Positions 39,177-48,866 of a stretch of 64,000 nucleotides of DNA are shown here, piece after piece; positions within the stretch are counted from its first letter, which is position 1; every line of letters begins with the position of its first letter. Location: assembly GCA_963665845.2 (NCBI GenBank), contig OY762492.1:608001-672000 (forward strand). The letters run 5' to 3'. This stretch comes from Candidatus Poribacteria bacterium (lineage in GTDB: Bacteria; Poribacteria; WGA-4E; GCA-2687025). Made by a program: the position numbers and the translations under genes. Under the pieces are notes generated by a model, which worked only from the letters and a program-made list of their open reading frames with translations, ran no database searches and was not told the origin of the DNA.

Positions 39177-39214
39177 TGTTCAAAAAATGGTCAGCGCTGT
39201 CCATTTTTTGAACA
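39177..39214. other. 38-bp near-perfect palindrome between ackA and tonB
   Basis: TGTTCAAAAAATGG-T-CAGCGCTG-T-CCATTTTTTGAACA. Confidence 0.8.
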
Positions 39215-39223
39215 AGTTAGGTG

Positions 39224-39252
39224 TTGCGAAAAAAAACGGCATGCGTTATACT
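39224..39252 (+). promoter_or_regulatory. Putative sigma70 promoter of the tonB operon
   Basis: TTGCGA-17 bp-TATACT. Confidence 0.6.
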
Positions 39253-39309
39253 ATATGATAGAGTCGAACGTCCATGTATCTGCCAGACTCGCAATGTAAA
39301 GGAGTGGAG

Positions 39310-40116
39310 ATGCTTACTCGCAAGAAAAAACAGACGGCTCCGGCGTTTCTCGTCTCGATTGTTGTGCATGTCGCCATCGCAGCTGCGCTGACTGCAATTG
39401 TGCTTGAGGAACATCTTCAAGAGACCGACGTTGAATGGGATATCGACGTCCATGTGGATCCTCCGGAGACGCGGGATCCGATCGTTCGGCGGGACAGAGA
39501 TATTGAACGCAACCCTGTTGCGTTGAAGGATATCGATGTGAACCTGCCGACGCGGGATGTGAACATAAACCCGACCGGGATCCGCACCGACATCCAGATT
39601 CCGTCCGGCTCCTCCGACCTGATTCAGGGTCCTTCTGAGCTTCCGGACATTCCGCCGAGCGTCAATCTTCCGAACAGTCCAGATCTTGGCCCCATCGAGA
39701 TAGGTCCGCCCGAAATCACAAGCGCTGGACCGCCCGATAGTCCGACGCCGCCGACCGAGTTGGAACCGAGCGGCATTGTTTCCTCCCTTGACCAGGGGGC
39801 TAGGACCCCTCAGAAAAGGGAGTTCGAGGTGGACGGCGATTATTACGAGAAGCTTCGACTGAAGATTTCGGGGAAGCAGAAATACCCCTCGTACGCGCTG
39901 CAAGCCAACCTTGAAGGCGAAACGAAGATTCGGTTCGTTTTGAAACGGGACGGAACGCTCGTTTCAAGCGAAATCGCGGAGGAATCCGGGTACAAATCTC
40001 TCGACAGCGCGGCTTTGCAGTCGGTCAAAAGCGCGGCGCCGTTTCCGCCGTTCCCAGTTGCGCAAAAAGGGGACGAAATCTCGGTTGTCGTTCCCATTGT
40101 TTTCGAACTTAAATAA
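39310..40116 (+). CDS. TonB-family energy transducer
   Basis: TM helix with SIVVH, Pro-rich linker, YP..A....LEG...RF....DG..SGY..LD.AA..AAPFPPFP. Confidence 0.85.
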   Translation: MLTRKKKQTAPAFLVSIVVHVAIAAALTAIVLEEHLQETDVEWDIDVHVDPPETRDPIVRRDRDIERNPVALKDIDVNLPTRDVNINPTGIRTDIQIPSGSSDLIQGPSELPDIPPSVNLPNSPDLGPIEIGPPEITSAGPPDSPTPPTELEPSGIVSSLDQGARTPQKREFEVDGDYYEKLRLKISGKQKYPSYALQANLEGETKIRFVLKRDGTLVSSEIAEESGYKSLDSAALQSVKSAAPFPPFPVAQKGDEISVVVPIVFELK

Positions 40117-40153
40117 CCTGCGCCGGACACGGCCGCAGGGGAAAGGAATCAAC

Positions 40154-41260
40154 ATGTTTAAACGGTTCGCAGCTGGCGCCGCTGTACTCATCATGGCAGC
40201 GGCGGCGGCAGCAGAGATCCCCGAGGCCGATCTGGGCGCGATTGACGCCTCCATTGACAAGGCTCTTGAGTGGCTTGCAGAACAGAAAGATGAAAACGGG
40301 GCATGGCGCTCCGAATACGGACCCGGCATGACGGGGCTGATCGCGACAGCGTTCCTGAATCACCCAGGGGGCAAATACAACGCCAACAGCCCCGAAGTGA
40401 AATCGGCGCTGGACTGGATGGTCAAACTGCAGCGGGAAGACGGTTCGATCTACGACCCGGATTCGCAATTGCCGCTGCCCAATTACAACACCTCCACCGC
40501 GCTGATGGCGCTCTCCGCGGCGGACGATCCAAAATACGCCGAAGCGGCAAAAAAAGCGCGCCAGTACCTCATCAACTCGCAAACGGACGAAGGCGAAGGA
40601 GCGTCGCCGGAGGACTCCAACTACGGCGGCATCGGATACGGCAGCGACCCGGATGTGCGCGACCTGTCGAACCTGAACATCGCGCTTCAAGCTCTGAAAG
40701 CGAGCGGAACCGACGAAGACGAGAAGGTCTTTGACAACGCCATTCTGTTCCTGTCGAGGCTGCAGAACAACAGCGAAACGAACGATCAGGAATGGGCGGG
40801 CGACGACGGCGGCTTCGTGTATTCGCCCGGCGTCAGCAAGGCGGGGGAGGATGAGCTTGGACGCCCCCGTTCCTATGCGACGATGACCTACGCGGGGCTG
40901 CTCAGCTTCATCTATGCGGATGTCGACCGAGAAGACGCCCGCGTTCAAGCCGCGTATGAATGGATACGCGAACACTGGAGTCTGGACGAAAATTATCCGA
41001 TCGGAAAACAGGGGCTGTATTACGGCTATCACACGATGTCGAAGGCGCTTGCCGCATACGGCGAGAAGCTGCTCGAAACGACGGACGGTGACACGATCAA
41101 CTGGTACGCCGAACTTTCCGAGCAGCTGATGGGGATGCAGACCGAGGAAGGGTCCTGGCCTCTAAACGAAGCAGACCGGTGGTTTGAGGGCGAACCTGTT
41201 CTGGTGACGGCCTACTCTCTGTTGGCGCTGGAGGCGGGCTATCCAAAAGAAGAAGAGTAG
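40154..41260 (+). CDS. Exported prenyltransferase/squalene-cyclase-repeat (alpha/alpha barrel) protein
   Basis: Signal peptide; QW-like repeats LAEQKDENGAW, LQREDGS, MQTEEGSW; GGFVYSPG. Confidence 0.75.
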   Translation: MFKRFAAGAAVLIMAAAAAAEIPEADLGAIDASIDKALEWLAEQKDENGAWRSEYGPGMTGLIATAFLNHPGGKYNANSPEVKSALDWMVKLQREDGSIYDPDSQLPLPNYNTSTALMALSAADDPKYAEAAKKARQYLINSQTDEGEGASPEDSNYGGIGYGSDPDVRDLSNLNIALQALKASGTDEDEKVFDNAILFLSRLQNNSETNDQEWAGDDGGFVYSPGVSKAGEDELGRPRSYATMTYAGLLSFIYADVDREDARVQAAYEWIREHWSLDENYPIGKQGLYYGYHTMSKALAAYGEKLLETTDGDTINWYAELSEQLMGMQTEEGSWPLNEADRWFEGEPVLVTAYSLLALEAGYPKEEE

Positions 41261-42146
41261 AACCGCCCATGCCGCCCTGCTTCTAACGGCGGCGCTCTGG
41301 AGCCTGAACGGCCCGCTCATCAAACTCTTGGACGCTCAAGGCGGCGGTCTGGACGCAATTGCGATTGCGTTCTACCGCTCGCTTTTGGGCGGTTTATGCT
41401 TTGCGCTGATCGGCTGGCGGCGCCGTTGGGCTTTGCGGCGCGCGAAACCGATCTGGGTCGGCGCGTCCGTTCTCATGTTCACGGCGATGACCTCCACGCT
41501 CGTCGCCGCGATGACGATGACCACCGCGGCAAATGCGATCATCCTTCAATACACGGCGCCCGTCTGGGTGGCGGTCTTGTCTCCGTTTTTGTTGAAGGAA
41601 CGCATGCGCACGACCGAAGCGGCCGCCATGACCGCCGCGATGACCGGCGTCGCGGTTCTCTTTTTTGGGAATCCGGTCTCGCACCGGTCGGCGATGTTTG
41701 TCGCTCTTTTAAGCGGTCTTTTCTTCGGCTTGCTGCTCATCGCGCTGCGCGCGCTTCGGCATACGGACCCGTTCGCTGTCGTCGCGCTCAACACGCTCGG
41801 CTCCGCGCTGTTGATGGCGCCGGCGGTGTTTCTCTTCGGCTCGTTTGCGTTCACGCCCGCTCAATTTGGGCTGCTGATTCTGCTTGGGTTTATTCAATTT
41901 AGCCTGCCGTATGCGATCTACTCCTGGGCGTCAAAGCGGATCAAGGCGCACCGCGCGTCGCTCATCGTTCTGATGGAGGCGGTCTTCACGCCTGCAATGA
42001 CATTTCTTACGGTCGGCGAAACGTTTCCGATGGCAACCTCCATCGGCGGCGTTTTTATCGTTGTCGGGGCGGCGTCGGCGCTCTTTACCGTCAAAGAAAC
42101 GGATGAACTCGCCGTGGATCACCCGCACCTTGACCATGGCGATTGA
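41241..42146 (+). CDS. EamA/DMT-family transporter
   Basis: Multiple TM helices, AANAIILQYTAPVWV..LLKER; frame open upstream of TTG 41328 through LLLTAALWSLNGPLIK; start uncertain. Confidence 0.8.
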   Translation: MQKKKSRTAHAALLLTAALWSLNGPLIKLLDAQGGGLDAIAIAFYRSLLGGLCFALIGWRRRWALRRAKPIWVGASVLMFTAMTSTLVAAMTMTTAANAIILQYTAPVWVAVLSPFLLKERMRTTEAAAMTAAMTGVAVLFFGNPVSHRSAMFVALLSGLFFGLLLIALRALRHTDPFAVVALNTLGSALLMAPAVFLFGSFAFTPAQFGLLILLGFIQFSLPYAIYSWASKRIKAHRASLIVLMEAVFTPAMTFLTVGETFPMATSIGGVFIVVGAASALFTVKETDELAVDHPHLDHGD

Positions 42147-42322
42147 AAAGACCGCAACGGAATGCGTATGCGGCGGCGCGTCCGACACCCTTGAAAAAGG
42201 GGCTAGGGGGTTTTAAGAGCGCGCGGCGGCTTTGTTCCTTCTTCATGATGTCCATCGCCATGTTTTGAGGATTCTCGGCGGATGCGTTAAGATTAAAAGC
42301 GATGATAGTTTGATGGGGGTTC

Positions 42323-43387
42323 ATGCTGAAGTATCCGTTCGATTTAGCCAAAGAAAAAGCCGCCATACTGGCGGAAGGTTCGTTCGGCGCGTTGGAGTCG
42401 AAATTTGCGGCGGCGATGCTCCGCTACCGTTCCGACCGCGCCGTCTGCGTCATCGACTCGATGAACGCCGGACGCACGGCGCAGGAGGCGATCGGGATCG
42501 GCGGGAACGTTCCTGTCGTCGCAAGCATAGAGGAGGCGTTTCGGCTCCGCCCGACGCTGCTAGTCATCGGCATCGCGCCGCCTGGGGGAACGCTTCCAGA
42601 AAGCTGGCGCTCCATGATCTTGTCGGCGCTGCGCCATGGGCTTCATGTGATGAGCGGGCTGCATCAGTTCTTGGCGCTAGACCCTGAATTCGCCGAGGCG
42701 GCGAAAAGATCGGGCGCGCGGATATGGGACCTGCGCCGTCCGCCTGAAAATTTGCCTGTCGGAAGAGGGCGCGCCCTGCGGCTCAACGCGAAGCGCGTTC
42801 TGACCGTCGGCTCCGACTGCCGAGTCGGAAAGATGATCGCCGCTTTAGAGATGAACAGCGCCGCCGCCCGGCGCGGATGGAAACCCGCCTTCTGCGCAAC
42901 GGGGCAGATCGGAATCATGTTGAGCGGCGCCGGCATCGCCGTGGACGCGGTCGTCGCCGACTTTATCTCCGGCGCGGCGGAGCAGATCCTGCTTGAACGG
43001 GTTGAGGCGGTTCAACCGGACTGGCTTTTTGTGGAGGGGCAGGGCTCCTTGACGCACCCGTCCTATTCCGGCGTGACGCTCGGGCTGCTGCATGGCGCGG
43101 CGCCGAACGCGATGGTTCTTTGCCATCAGCCGTCGCGCCGTCTTCTCGCGCGGTTCGATCTGCCGATCCCGCCGCTCAAAGAACTTGTCCGCCTCTATGA
43201 AACGGCGGCGGGATGGCTGGCTCCCGCGCCGGTGGCGGCGGTCGCGCTCAACACGTTCGATCTGTCCGACGAGGAGGCGCGCGCGGCGGTTGAAGAGGCG
43301 GAGCGGCAAACGGGACTCCCCGCCTCCGACCCGATACGTTTTGGCGCCGACAAACTGCTGGACGCTTTACAAGCGACGCTGCCATGA
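42323..43387 (+). CDS. DUF1611 (DgcN-like) protein
   Basis: IGIAPPGG, SGLHQFL, TVGSDCRVGKM, ATGQIGI, VEGQGSLTHPSYSGVTLGLLHG. Confidence 0.88.
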   Translation: MLKYPFDLAKEKAAILAEGSFGALESKFAAAMLRYRSDRAVCVIDSMNAGRTAQEAIGIGGNVPVVASIEEAFRLRPTLLVIGIAPPGGTLPESWRSMILSALRHGLHVMSGLHQFLALDPEFAEAAKRSGARIWDLRRPPENLPVGRGRALRLNAKRVLTVGSDCRVGKMIAALEMNSAAARRGWKPAFCATGQIGIMLSGAGIAVDAVVADFISGAAEQILLERVEAVQPDWLFVEGQGSLTHPSYSGVTLGLLHGAAPNAMVLCHQPSRRLLARFDLPIPPLKELVRLYETAAGWLAPAPVAAVALNTFDLSDEEARAAVEEAERQTGLPASDPIRFGADKLLDALQATLP

Positions 43388-43394
43388 GGTTGCC

Positions 43395-44411
43395 ATGAAA
43401 TTGAAATGGGAGATCGCGGAGCTGCGCTTGCGGGACCCGTTCAAGATTGCGTCAACCGACGCGGACCTCACACGCCAAACGGTTCTGGTACGGGCGGGCG
43501 GAGGCGTAGGCGAGGCGGCTCCCCGACCTTATTACGGCGAGTCGATTGAGGGCGTTGTGAACGATCTGGAACGGTTCCGCGCCGCGCTGAAAAGCTTGCC
43601 TGACGACGCGCCCATCGAGTCGGTCATGCGCCGTTTCAAAGGCGGAAGACCGGCGCGGTGCGCTCTCGAAACGGCGCTCTGGGACGGCCTCGGACGTTCT
43701 CTCGGCGCGCCTCTATGGAAACTATGGGGAACCGATCCGAGCGAAATGCCGCCCACTTCGTTCACCATCGGGCTGGACGACCGCGCCCGTATGCTTGAAA
43801 AGGCGGAAGCGGCGGCGGAATACGCCGTCTTGAAGGTGAAGCTGGGCGGGCAGAACGATCTGGACGTGATACGCGCGCTGCGGGAAGCGTCCGAGAAACC
43901 GATACGGGTTGACGCAAACGGCGGATGGACGCGGGAAGCGGCGGTTGAGCTGTGCGGCGCGCTGGCGGATCTGGGCGTGGAGCTGGTTGAGCAGCCGGTC
44001 CGCCCGGACGACATCGACGGGCTGCGGTATGTGCGGAAGCGGTCGCCGCTGCCCATTTTTGCGGACGAAAGCTGCCGTTCCGCCAAGGAGATTCCGCTCC
44101 TTGCCGGCGCCGTGGACGGGGTGAATCTCAAGCTGTCGAAGTGCGGCGGGCCGACGGAGGTTTTGACGGCGGCTCGATTGGCGCGCTCATACGGAATGCG
44201 CGTCATGACCGGCTGCATGATCGAGAGTTCGGCGGGCATATCCGCCATGGCGCATATCGCTCCGCTTGCCGACCATGCGGATCTGGACGGGCATTTGTTG
44301 ATCGACAACGATCCGTTTGAGCCGCTGGAGATGGAGAACGGGCGGCTGATCTTGACAGACCGACCGGGGAACGGCTTACGCCATCGGCGGATCAACAAGG
44401 CAGCGCTCTAG
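43395..44411 (+). CDS. Enolase-superfamily dipeptide epimerase (DgcA/AEE-like)
   Basis: GVGEAAP..YGES, KVKLG, RVDANGGW, EQP, ADES, NLKLSKCGG, GCMIES, DLDG. Confidence 0.9.
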   Translation: MKLKWEIAELRLRDPFKIASTDADLTRQTVLVRAGGGVGEAAPRPYYGESIEGVVNDLERFRAALKSLPDDAPIESVMRRFKGGRPARCALETALWDGLGRSLGAPLWKLWGTDPSEMPPTSFTIGLDDRARMLEKAEAAAEYAVLKVKLGGQNDLDVIRALREASEKPIRVDANGGWTREAAVELCGALADLGVELVEQPVRPDDIDGLRYVRKRSPLPIFADESCRSAKEIPLLAGAVDGVNLKLSKCGGPTEVLTAARLARSYGMRVMTGCMIESSAGISAMAHIAPLADHADLDGHLLIDNDPFEPLEMENGRLILTDRPGNGLRHRRINKAAL

Positions 44412-45395
44412 GCTTTTGCGAAGCGCTTCCTCATCCAATTCTTGCCCAATGAACACGATTTGGCTTTGGGCAGTATCGACCCATTTGGCGCCCCATTCCA
44501 TCATGACGCTGCTGCCGACCTGATTGAAATGCGCGCGTCGATCCTCTCCCAAAAACCAGAGTACGCCCTTCGCCCTGAAAATCGTTCGCGGCATCTGCTC
44601 TAAAAAGGTTTGAAACGCCTGCGCCTTTATTGGACGGTCCAACGCAAACGAGGCGGACGCATACCCTTTTTCCGCGTCGTCATGGTCGTGATCATGCTCA
44701 TGGTCGTGGTCGTGATCATGCTCATGCTCATGTTCATGGTCATGCGCGTCTTCGCCGGTCGGTTCCTCCAGCTGAAAGACGCCGACATCCAAAATCAGGT
44801 TCAGCTCGATCTCGGCGTAGTTTGTCTTCAAGATGCGCGCAAACGGGTTCAGGGCGAGTATCTGTTTTTCAATGCGCTGAACAGCTTTCGTCTTCGCCGC
44901 GCCGACCTTGTTGAGAACGATAAAGTCGGCGAAGGCGATCTGCGCTTCGGCGATCGGCGTCTCTTCCATCGCCTGCGGCAGATTCACCGCGTCCACCATC
45001 GTAACGATGGAGTCGATGAACGCCCTTTCGACGATTTCTGGAATCCAGAGCGTCTGCGCGACCGGCTGCGGATCTGCAAGCCCGGTTGTTTCGATGAGAA
45101 TATAGTCGATCTGCCCCTCTCTCGTTTCAAGCAGGCGCAGGACGGTCTCCATCAGGTCGGCGTTGATGGTGCAGCAGATGCAGCCGTTGTTCAGTTCCAC
45201 AACGCCGTTCAGCTCGTCCACGCTTTCGATCAGCTGGTTGTCGATGCCGATTTCGCCGAATTCGTTCACGATGACCGCCGTTTTCAAGCCGCCGTTCTGG
45301 CTGAGGATGCGGTTCAGGAGCGTCGTTTTGCCGCTGCCGAGGAATCCGCATAGGATCGTGATCGGTATGGGGGATGTCTGTTGCGCGTTCATCAT
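44376..45395 (-). CDS. CobW/COG0523 metal-chaperone GTPase
   Basis: GFLGSGKTT, NEFGEIGID, NGCICC, ETTGLADP, HDHEHEHEHDHDHDHEHDHDH, FRAKG. Confidence 0.93.
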   Translation of the reverse strand: MMNAQQTSPIPITILCGFLGSGKTTLLNRILSQNGGLKTAVIVNEFGEIGIDNQLIESVDELNGVVELNNGCICCTINADLMETVLRLLETREGQIDYILIETTGLADPQPVAQTLWIPEIVERAFIDSIVTMVDAVNLPQAMEETPIAEAQIAFADFIVLNKVGAAKTKAVQRIEKQILALNPFARILKTNYAEIELNLILDVGVFQLEEPTGEDAHDHEHEHEHDHDHDHEHDHDHDDAEKGYASASFALDRPIKAQAFQTFLEQMPRTIFRAKGVLWFLGEDRRAHFNQVGSSVMMEWGAKWVDTAQSQIVFIGQELDEEALRKSLERCLVDPPMA

Positions 45396-45464
45396 TCGCT
45401 CTCTACAATAGGTCGTTGACGATATGATGCGCTTTTTCGAACGGCATGTCAACCGAAGGAGCTG

Positions 45465-45770
45465 GACGGCAGTACGCTCATGCGATGATAGTCGTTTTTA
45501 ATCCTAAAGCGTCCGCCCCGCCGGTCGTCATTCCCGTGAAAACGGGAATCTTAGGCGTCGCAGACGCCGTCCATATCGCATCTCCGATCAACATCATCGT
45601 ATCAGCGTACTACCAGCTGGACTTATGTCATTAGTTGGGAGATTCTGCCTGGCGAAACGCGGACGGTTTCGGGTTGGACTCTGGATTCCCGCTTGCGCGG
45701 GAATGACGGCATGGATCTGCAGGCAGTCGCGCAAAATGCATATCATCGCCTGTAGGTACTGCCAGTTTTA
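45465..45770. repeat. Two adjacent mosaic repeat elements in opposite orientation
   Basis: ggcagtacgctcat..gtcattcccgtgaaaacgggaatc..agcgtactacca, then agttggga..gattcccgcttgcgcgggaatgac..gtactgccagtttt. Confidence 0.8.
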
Positions 45771-45887
45771 AAACCCTCTTGTCAGGGTACATTTGTTTTT
45801 GTCATGCCGCATCCCTTGGCGCATGCGCTGAACGCCTGTTAGCGCCATACTGAAGAGCGGAACGCAACGGAGCGAAAGGAGCCATGC

Positions 45888-46685
45888 ATGATCCCCTACG
45901 GCGAACCTGGGCCGATGTCTGACCGAGAGCGGTATATCTTCGACTGCGCCGGCTATCTCGTCATCCCAGACGCGCTCACTCAAGAGGAGGCGCAGGCGGC
46001 GCTGGAGGCGTGCGAACGGCTTCACCGAGACCTGCCCCAAGACCAGTGGCGGCAGATTGGCGGGGCATACGAAAAGGAGCCTGCCCTCGAAGCGCTGATA
46101 GACCATCCCTCCATTCTTCCGAAGGCGAGAGCGTTGTTCGGCGACCGGTTCATACTCCAAAGCAGCTGGGCGACGATGGTTCCGTCCGGCTTCGGCGGCG
46201 GCGGTTTTCATGAAGACGGCTCCAGCGCGTACCCGTTCAGCAAGCTGGCTGAAGCGACGCCGCTGATACAGCTGCGCACAGGGTTTATTTTGACCGACCA
46301 GAGCGAGCCGGGCGTCGGAAACCTGGCGTTGATACCCGGCAGCCACCGCGCCAAAGCGAACCTCCCCGACGGCGCAAACCATCGCACCCTTCCAAACGCC
46401 CATGTAACGACGGGACCGCCAGGAACCGCCGTTATGTTCCACCAAGGAACGCATCATTGCGGAACCGAAAACGAGCGCCCTTATCCAAGACATATGTACC
46501 ATACGATTTACGCGCCGCCGTGGCTGCATTTGACGGATCGATGGGGCAACTGCGAGCGGTTTTTGGAACGGACGACGCCGATGCGGCGCGCCCTCGCGGG
46601 GGTATGGGGCGACGAGGCGGCGTCGTTTCATATGCCGCCGCTGCCGTGGCAAGAATGGGAGGCGGAGCGCGGCGGCAATGCCTGA
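45888..46685 (+). CDS. PhyH-family Fe/2OG dioxygenase
   Basis: FDCAGYLVIPDAL, FHEDG (HxD), IPGSH, MFHQGTHHCG. Confidence 0.85.
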   Translation: MIPYGEPGPMSDRERYIFDCAGYLVIPDALTQEEAQAALEACERLHRDLPQDQWRQIGGAYEKEPALEALIDHPSILPKARALFGDRFILQSSWATMVPSGFGGGGFHEDGSSAYPFSKLAEATPLIQLRTGFILTDQSEPGVGNLALIPGSHRAKANLPDGANHRTLPNAHVTTGPPGTAVMFHQGTHHCGTENERPYPRHMYHTIYAPPWLHLTDRWGNCERFLERTTPMRRALAGVWGDEAASFHMPPLPWQEWEAERGGNA

Positions 46686-47232
46686 CCTCTCCGCCTATTT
46701 CAAGCTGTTTTTGGAGCTGCTGCTGTCGCCGAACGGAATGCTCACGGCGGGGGCTGCGGTCGCGGCGGCGTGGCTGGCGCGGCTCTATTTTAAAAAAAAG
46801 CGCATACCGGGGCTGGCAGTTGAAACGATCCCGGAGGATACGTGGTTCATCCATCGGGACGACAACCGCCGCCTGTCGATCGTGATCGCGCTTCGGTTTG
46901 TCAATAAAAGCGGGCGCGAGGCGCGCATTCGGAGCGTCCGTTTCAGCGGCTATTCCGCGGCTCAAGAGGCGCCGCCGATCCTCCTGGAAGGGGCGCAAAC
47001 AAGCGCGCCGCTGCCGTATCCGAAGGGGGAGCAGTACCGCGCCGGCATGGAGTTTCGCATCCCGCCGTATTCGACGCAGACGGCGTGGGCGTTGTATGTG
47101 TCGAAGAGCGTGGATCTGCGGAATCGAATGTCGGCGCCGCTCACGATACGCGCTATGGACGGAAAGCGGACCGCTCTGCGGGTGGAGCTGCGGCGGCATC
47201 CGTGGCAGATCGCGCTTTACAGCGCCGCATGA
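46678..47232 (+). CDS. Hypothetical membrane-anchored protein
   Basis: N-terminal hydrophobic helix followed by KKKR; overlaps the upstream stop. Confidence 0.6.
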   Translation: MPDLSAYFKLFLELLLSPNGMLTAGAAVAAAWLARLYFKKKRIPGLAVETIPEDTWFIHRDDNRRLSIVIALRFVNKSGREARIRSVRFSGYSAAQEAPPILLEGAQTSAPLPYPKGEQYRAGMEFRIPPYSTQTAWALYVSKSVDLRNRMSAPLTIRAMDGKRTALRVELRRHPWQIALYSAA

Positions 47233-47316
47233 GGTTTGGGGCGGCGTTGCATTTTCAAGCGTTCTGCGGCATGATTTGCATAGAGGCAGCCGCTAGACAA
47301 GACGGAGGATGTTGAG

Positions 47317-47967
47317 GTGAAGAAGGGCGTTGGCGCTGTAAATCAGGACGAGAAGATCGAGACCATAGAAAAAAAGGTTGACCGGAACGCGGAGAAAATC
47401 GACCAGAACGCGGAGATGATCGAGGCAAACTCGAAAAAAATTGATCGGAACGCGGACAAAATCGACGAGAACTACGAAAAGCTGATCGCAATGATTGACC
47501 GGAACGCGGAGAAAATCGACCAGAACGCGGATCAAATCGCCAAGCTCCGGGGCAGCGATCTTGAAAAGTCGTTGCCGCAAAGAATCAGGGGGCATCTCTT
47601 CACAAAAATGGGCCTGCGGGGCGTTGTCATCATGCTGAGCGCGCTGCATGAGATAGATAAAGACTTTATGGCAGCTTTGGACAAAGCTGAAGAAGACGGG
47701 ATGGTGACGCAGAAAGAATGGACGCGCATAGTCAATACCGATCTCATCCTGAAGGCGCGCGCAAGGGACGGCAAGGAGGTCTGGGTCGCGTTTGAAATCT
47801 CCGGCACAATCAACAACGATGACATTGAGCGCGTCCTCAAATCTGCCGACATCATACGTCGCCTCACGGGAAAACAGGGGGTCGCTGCGGTCGCTGGATA
47901 CAGGATTCCCAACCCGCAGGCGGAACGAGCCGATAAAATGGGCGTCAACGTTTTCATTGTCAACTAG
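47317..47967 (+). CDS. Coiled-coil repeat protein with a C-terminal PD-(D/E)xK-like domain
   Basis: GGAGGA RBS; IDRNAEK-type heptads; TDLILK...AFEIS..I..DDIERV. Confidence 0.65.
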   Translation: MKKGVGAVNQDEKIETIEKKVDRNAEKIDQNAEMIEANSKKIDRNADKIDENYEKLIAMIDRNAEKIDQNADQIAKLRGSDLEKSLPQRIRGHLFTKMGLRGVVIMLSALHEIDKDFMAALDKAEEDGMVTQKEWTRIVNTDLILKARARDGKEVWVAFEISGTINNDDIERVLKSADIIRRLTGKQGVAAVAGYRIPNPQAERADKMGVNVFIVN

Positions 47968-48009
47968 CCCTGCGGACGCCGCTAAAAACGGCGTTGGATC
48001 GAAAGAAGT

Positions 48010-48162
48010 ATCTTTTAAGATTTCCGCTAGCGCGGGAATGCATCTCCTCGCGGGCATGTCCTCGTGAAAACGAGGAAGCGGGGACGACATGGTTAGCGGC
48101 GCCTTTTCCCATAAATAGAGCCGTCATTCGTTCAAATGCCTCGACTTTAGGCATGAGGCCAG
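48010..48162 (-). repeat. Degenerate family-A repeat element
   Basis: ttttcccataaatagag..ttcaaatgcctcgactttaggcatgaggccag is the reverse complement of the family-A left arm; degenerate core near 48020. Confidence 0.65.
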
Positions 48163-48233
48163 TACAAAATGGATGCGTTCTGCGGGGCGTTGTTGTAGAC
48201 TAGCGGCGTTGACATCTGCATAGGGGCAATGCC

Positions 48234-48866
48234 ATGTTGATCGGATTATACTGGTTCGCCGCGATTCTGGGCGTTGGCGTCGTCCTTATCGACATGCTGG
48301 GGCTGTTGGGCGACGACGGAGACGGCGCGGACGGCGGAGACGCAGGAGACGGAGACGGCGCGGACGATTCAGGGGGCGGCGGCTCGTCCGTCTTGTCGGT
48401 ACTGCGTTTCATGCGCATCTTCATCTATTTCTGCGTCGGCTTTGGTCCCTTTGGTCTAGCGTCGCAGGCGTTCGGCTCATCGACGCTGGTTTCGCTTCTC
48501 TGGGCGTTGGGAGCGGGGGCGGCGTCGGCGTTTTTGGCGCGTCTCTTCTTTCGGTTCCAACGTACAGACCTGGATTCCAGCCTGCAGGAGGAGGAGCTGC
48601 TTTTTGAAAAGGCGACCGTGATAGTGCCGATACCGAAAGGCGGCGGCATGGGCAAGGTGCGCGTGCGCGTCGGTCAACTGGTCGCGGAACGGTATGCAAT
48701 CTCGGAAAATTCAGAGGAAAGTTTCGGTCTCGATGAGATCGTGAGCGTGGCGCGCGTGACGGACGACTGCGTGTATGTCCGCCGTCATGACGCGCTTGAG
48801 AACCGCTCCGACAACGCGCTTGACAACACACTCGACAACCCAAACAAGGAGGAACGCGATGCTTGA
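48234..48866 (+). CDS. NfeD/YqiJ-like membrane partner of flotillins
   Basis: TM helices, acidic Gly-Asp loop, C-terminal ATVIVPIP..GMGKVRV OB-like domain; directly upstream of SPFH genes. Confidence 0.78.
   Translation: MLIGLYWFAAILGVGVVLIDMLGLLGDDGDGADGGDAGDGDGADDSGGGGSSVLSVLRFMRIFIYFCVGFGPFGLASQAFGSSTLVSLLWALGAGAASAFLARLFFRFQRTDLDSSLQEEELLFEKATVIVPIPKGGGMGKVRVRVGQLVAERYAISENSEESFGLDEIVSVARVTDDCVYVRRHDALENRSDNALDNTLDNPNKEERDA

Noticed and set aside
42181-42230. Separate terminator or ncRNA after the EamA gene
   Set aside because: Matches a partial reverse copy of the R2 repeat arm (ggggctagggggttttaag)
44676-44745. 6-bp periodic repeat
   Set aside because: Explained by the His-Asp/Glu tract normal for CobW-family proteins
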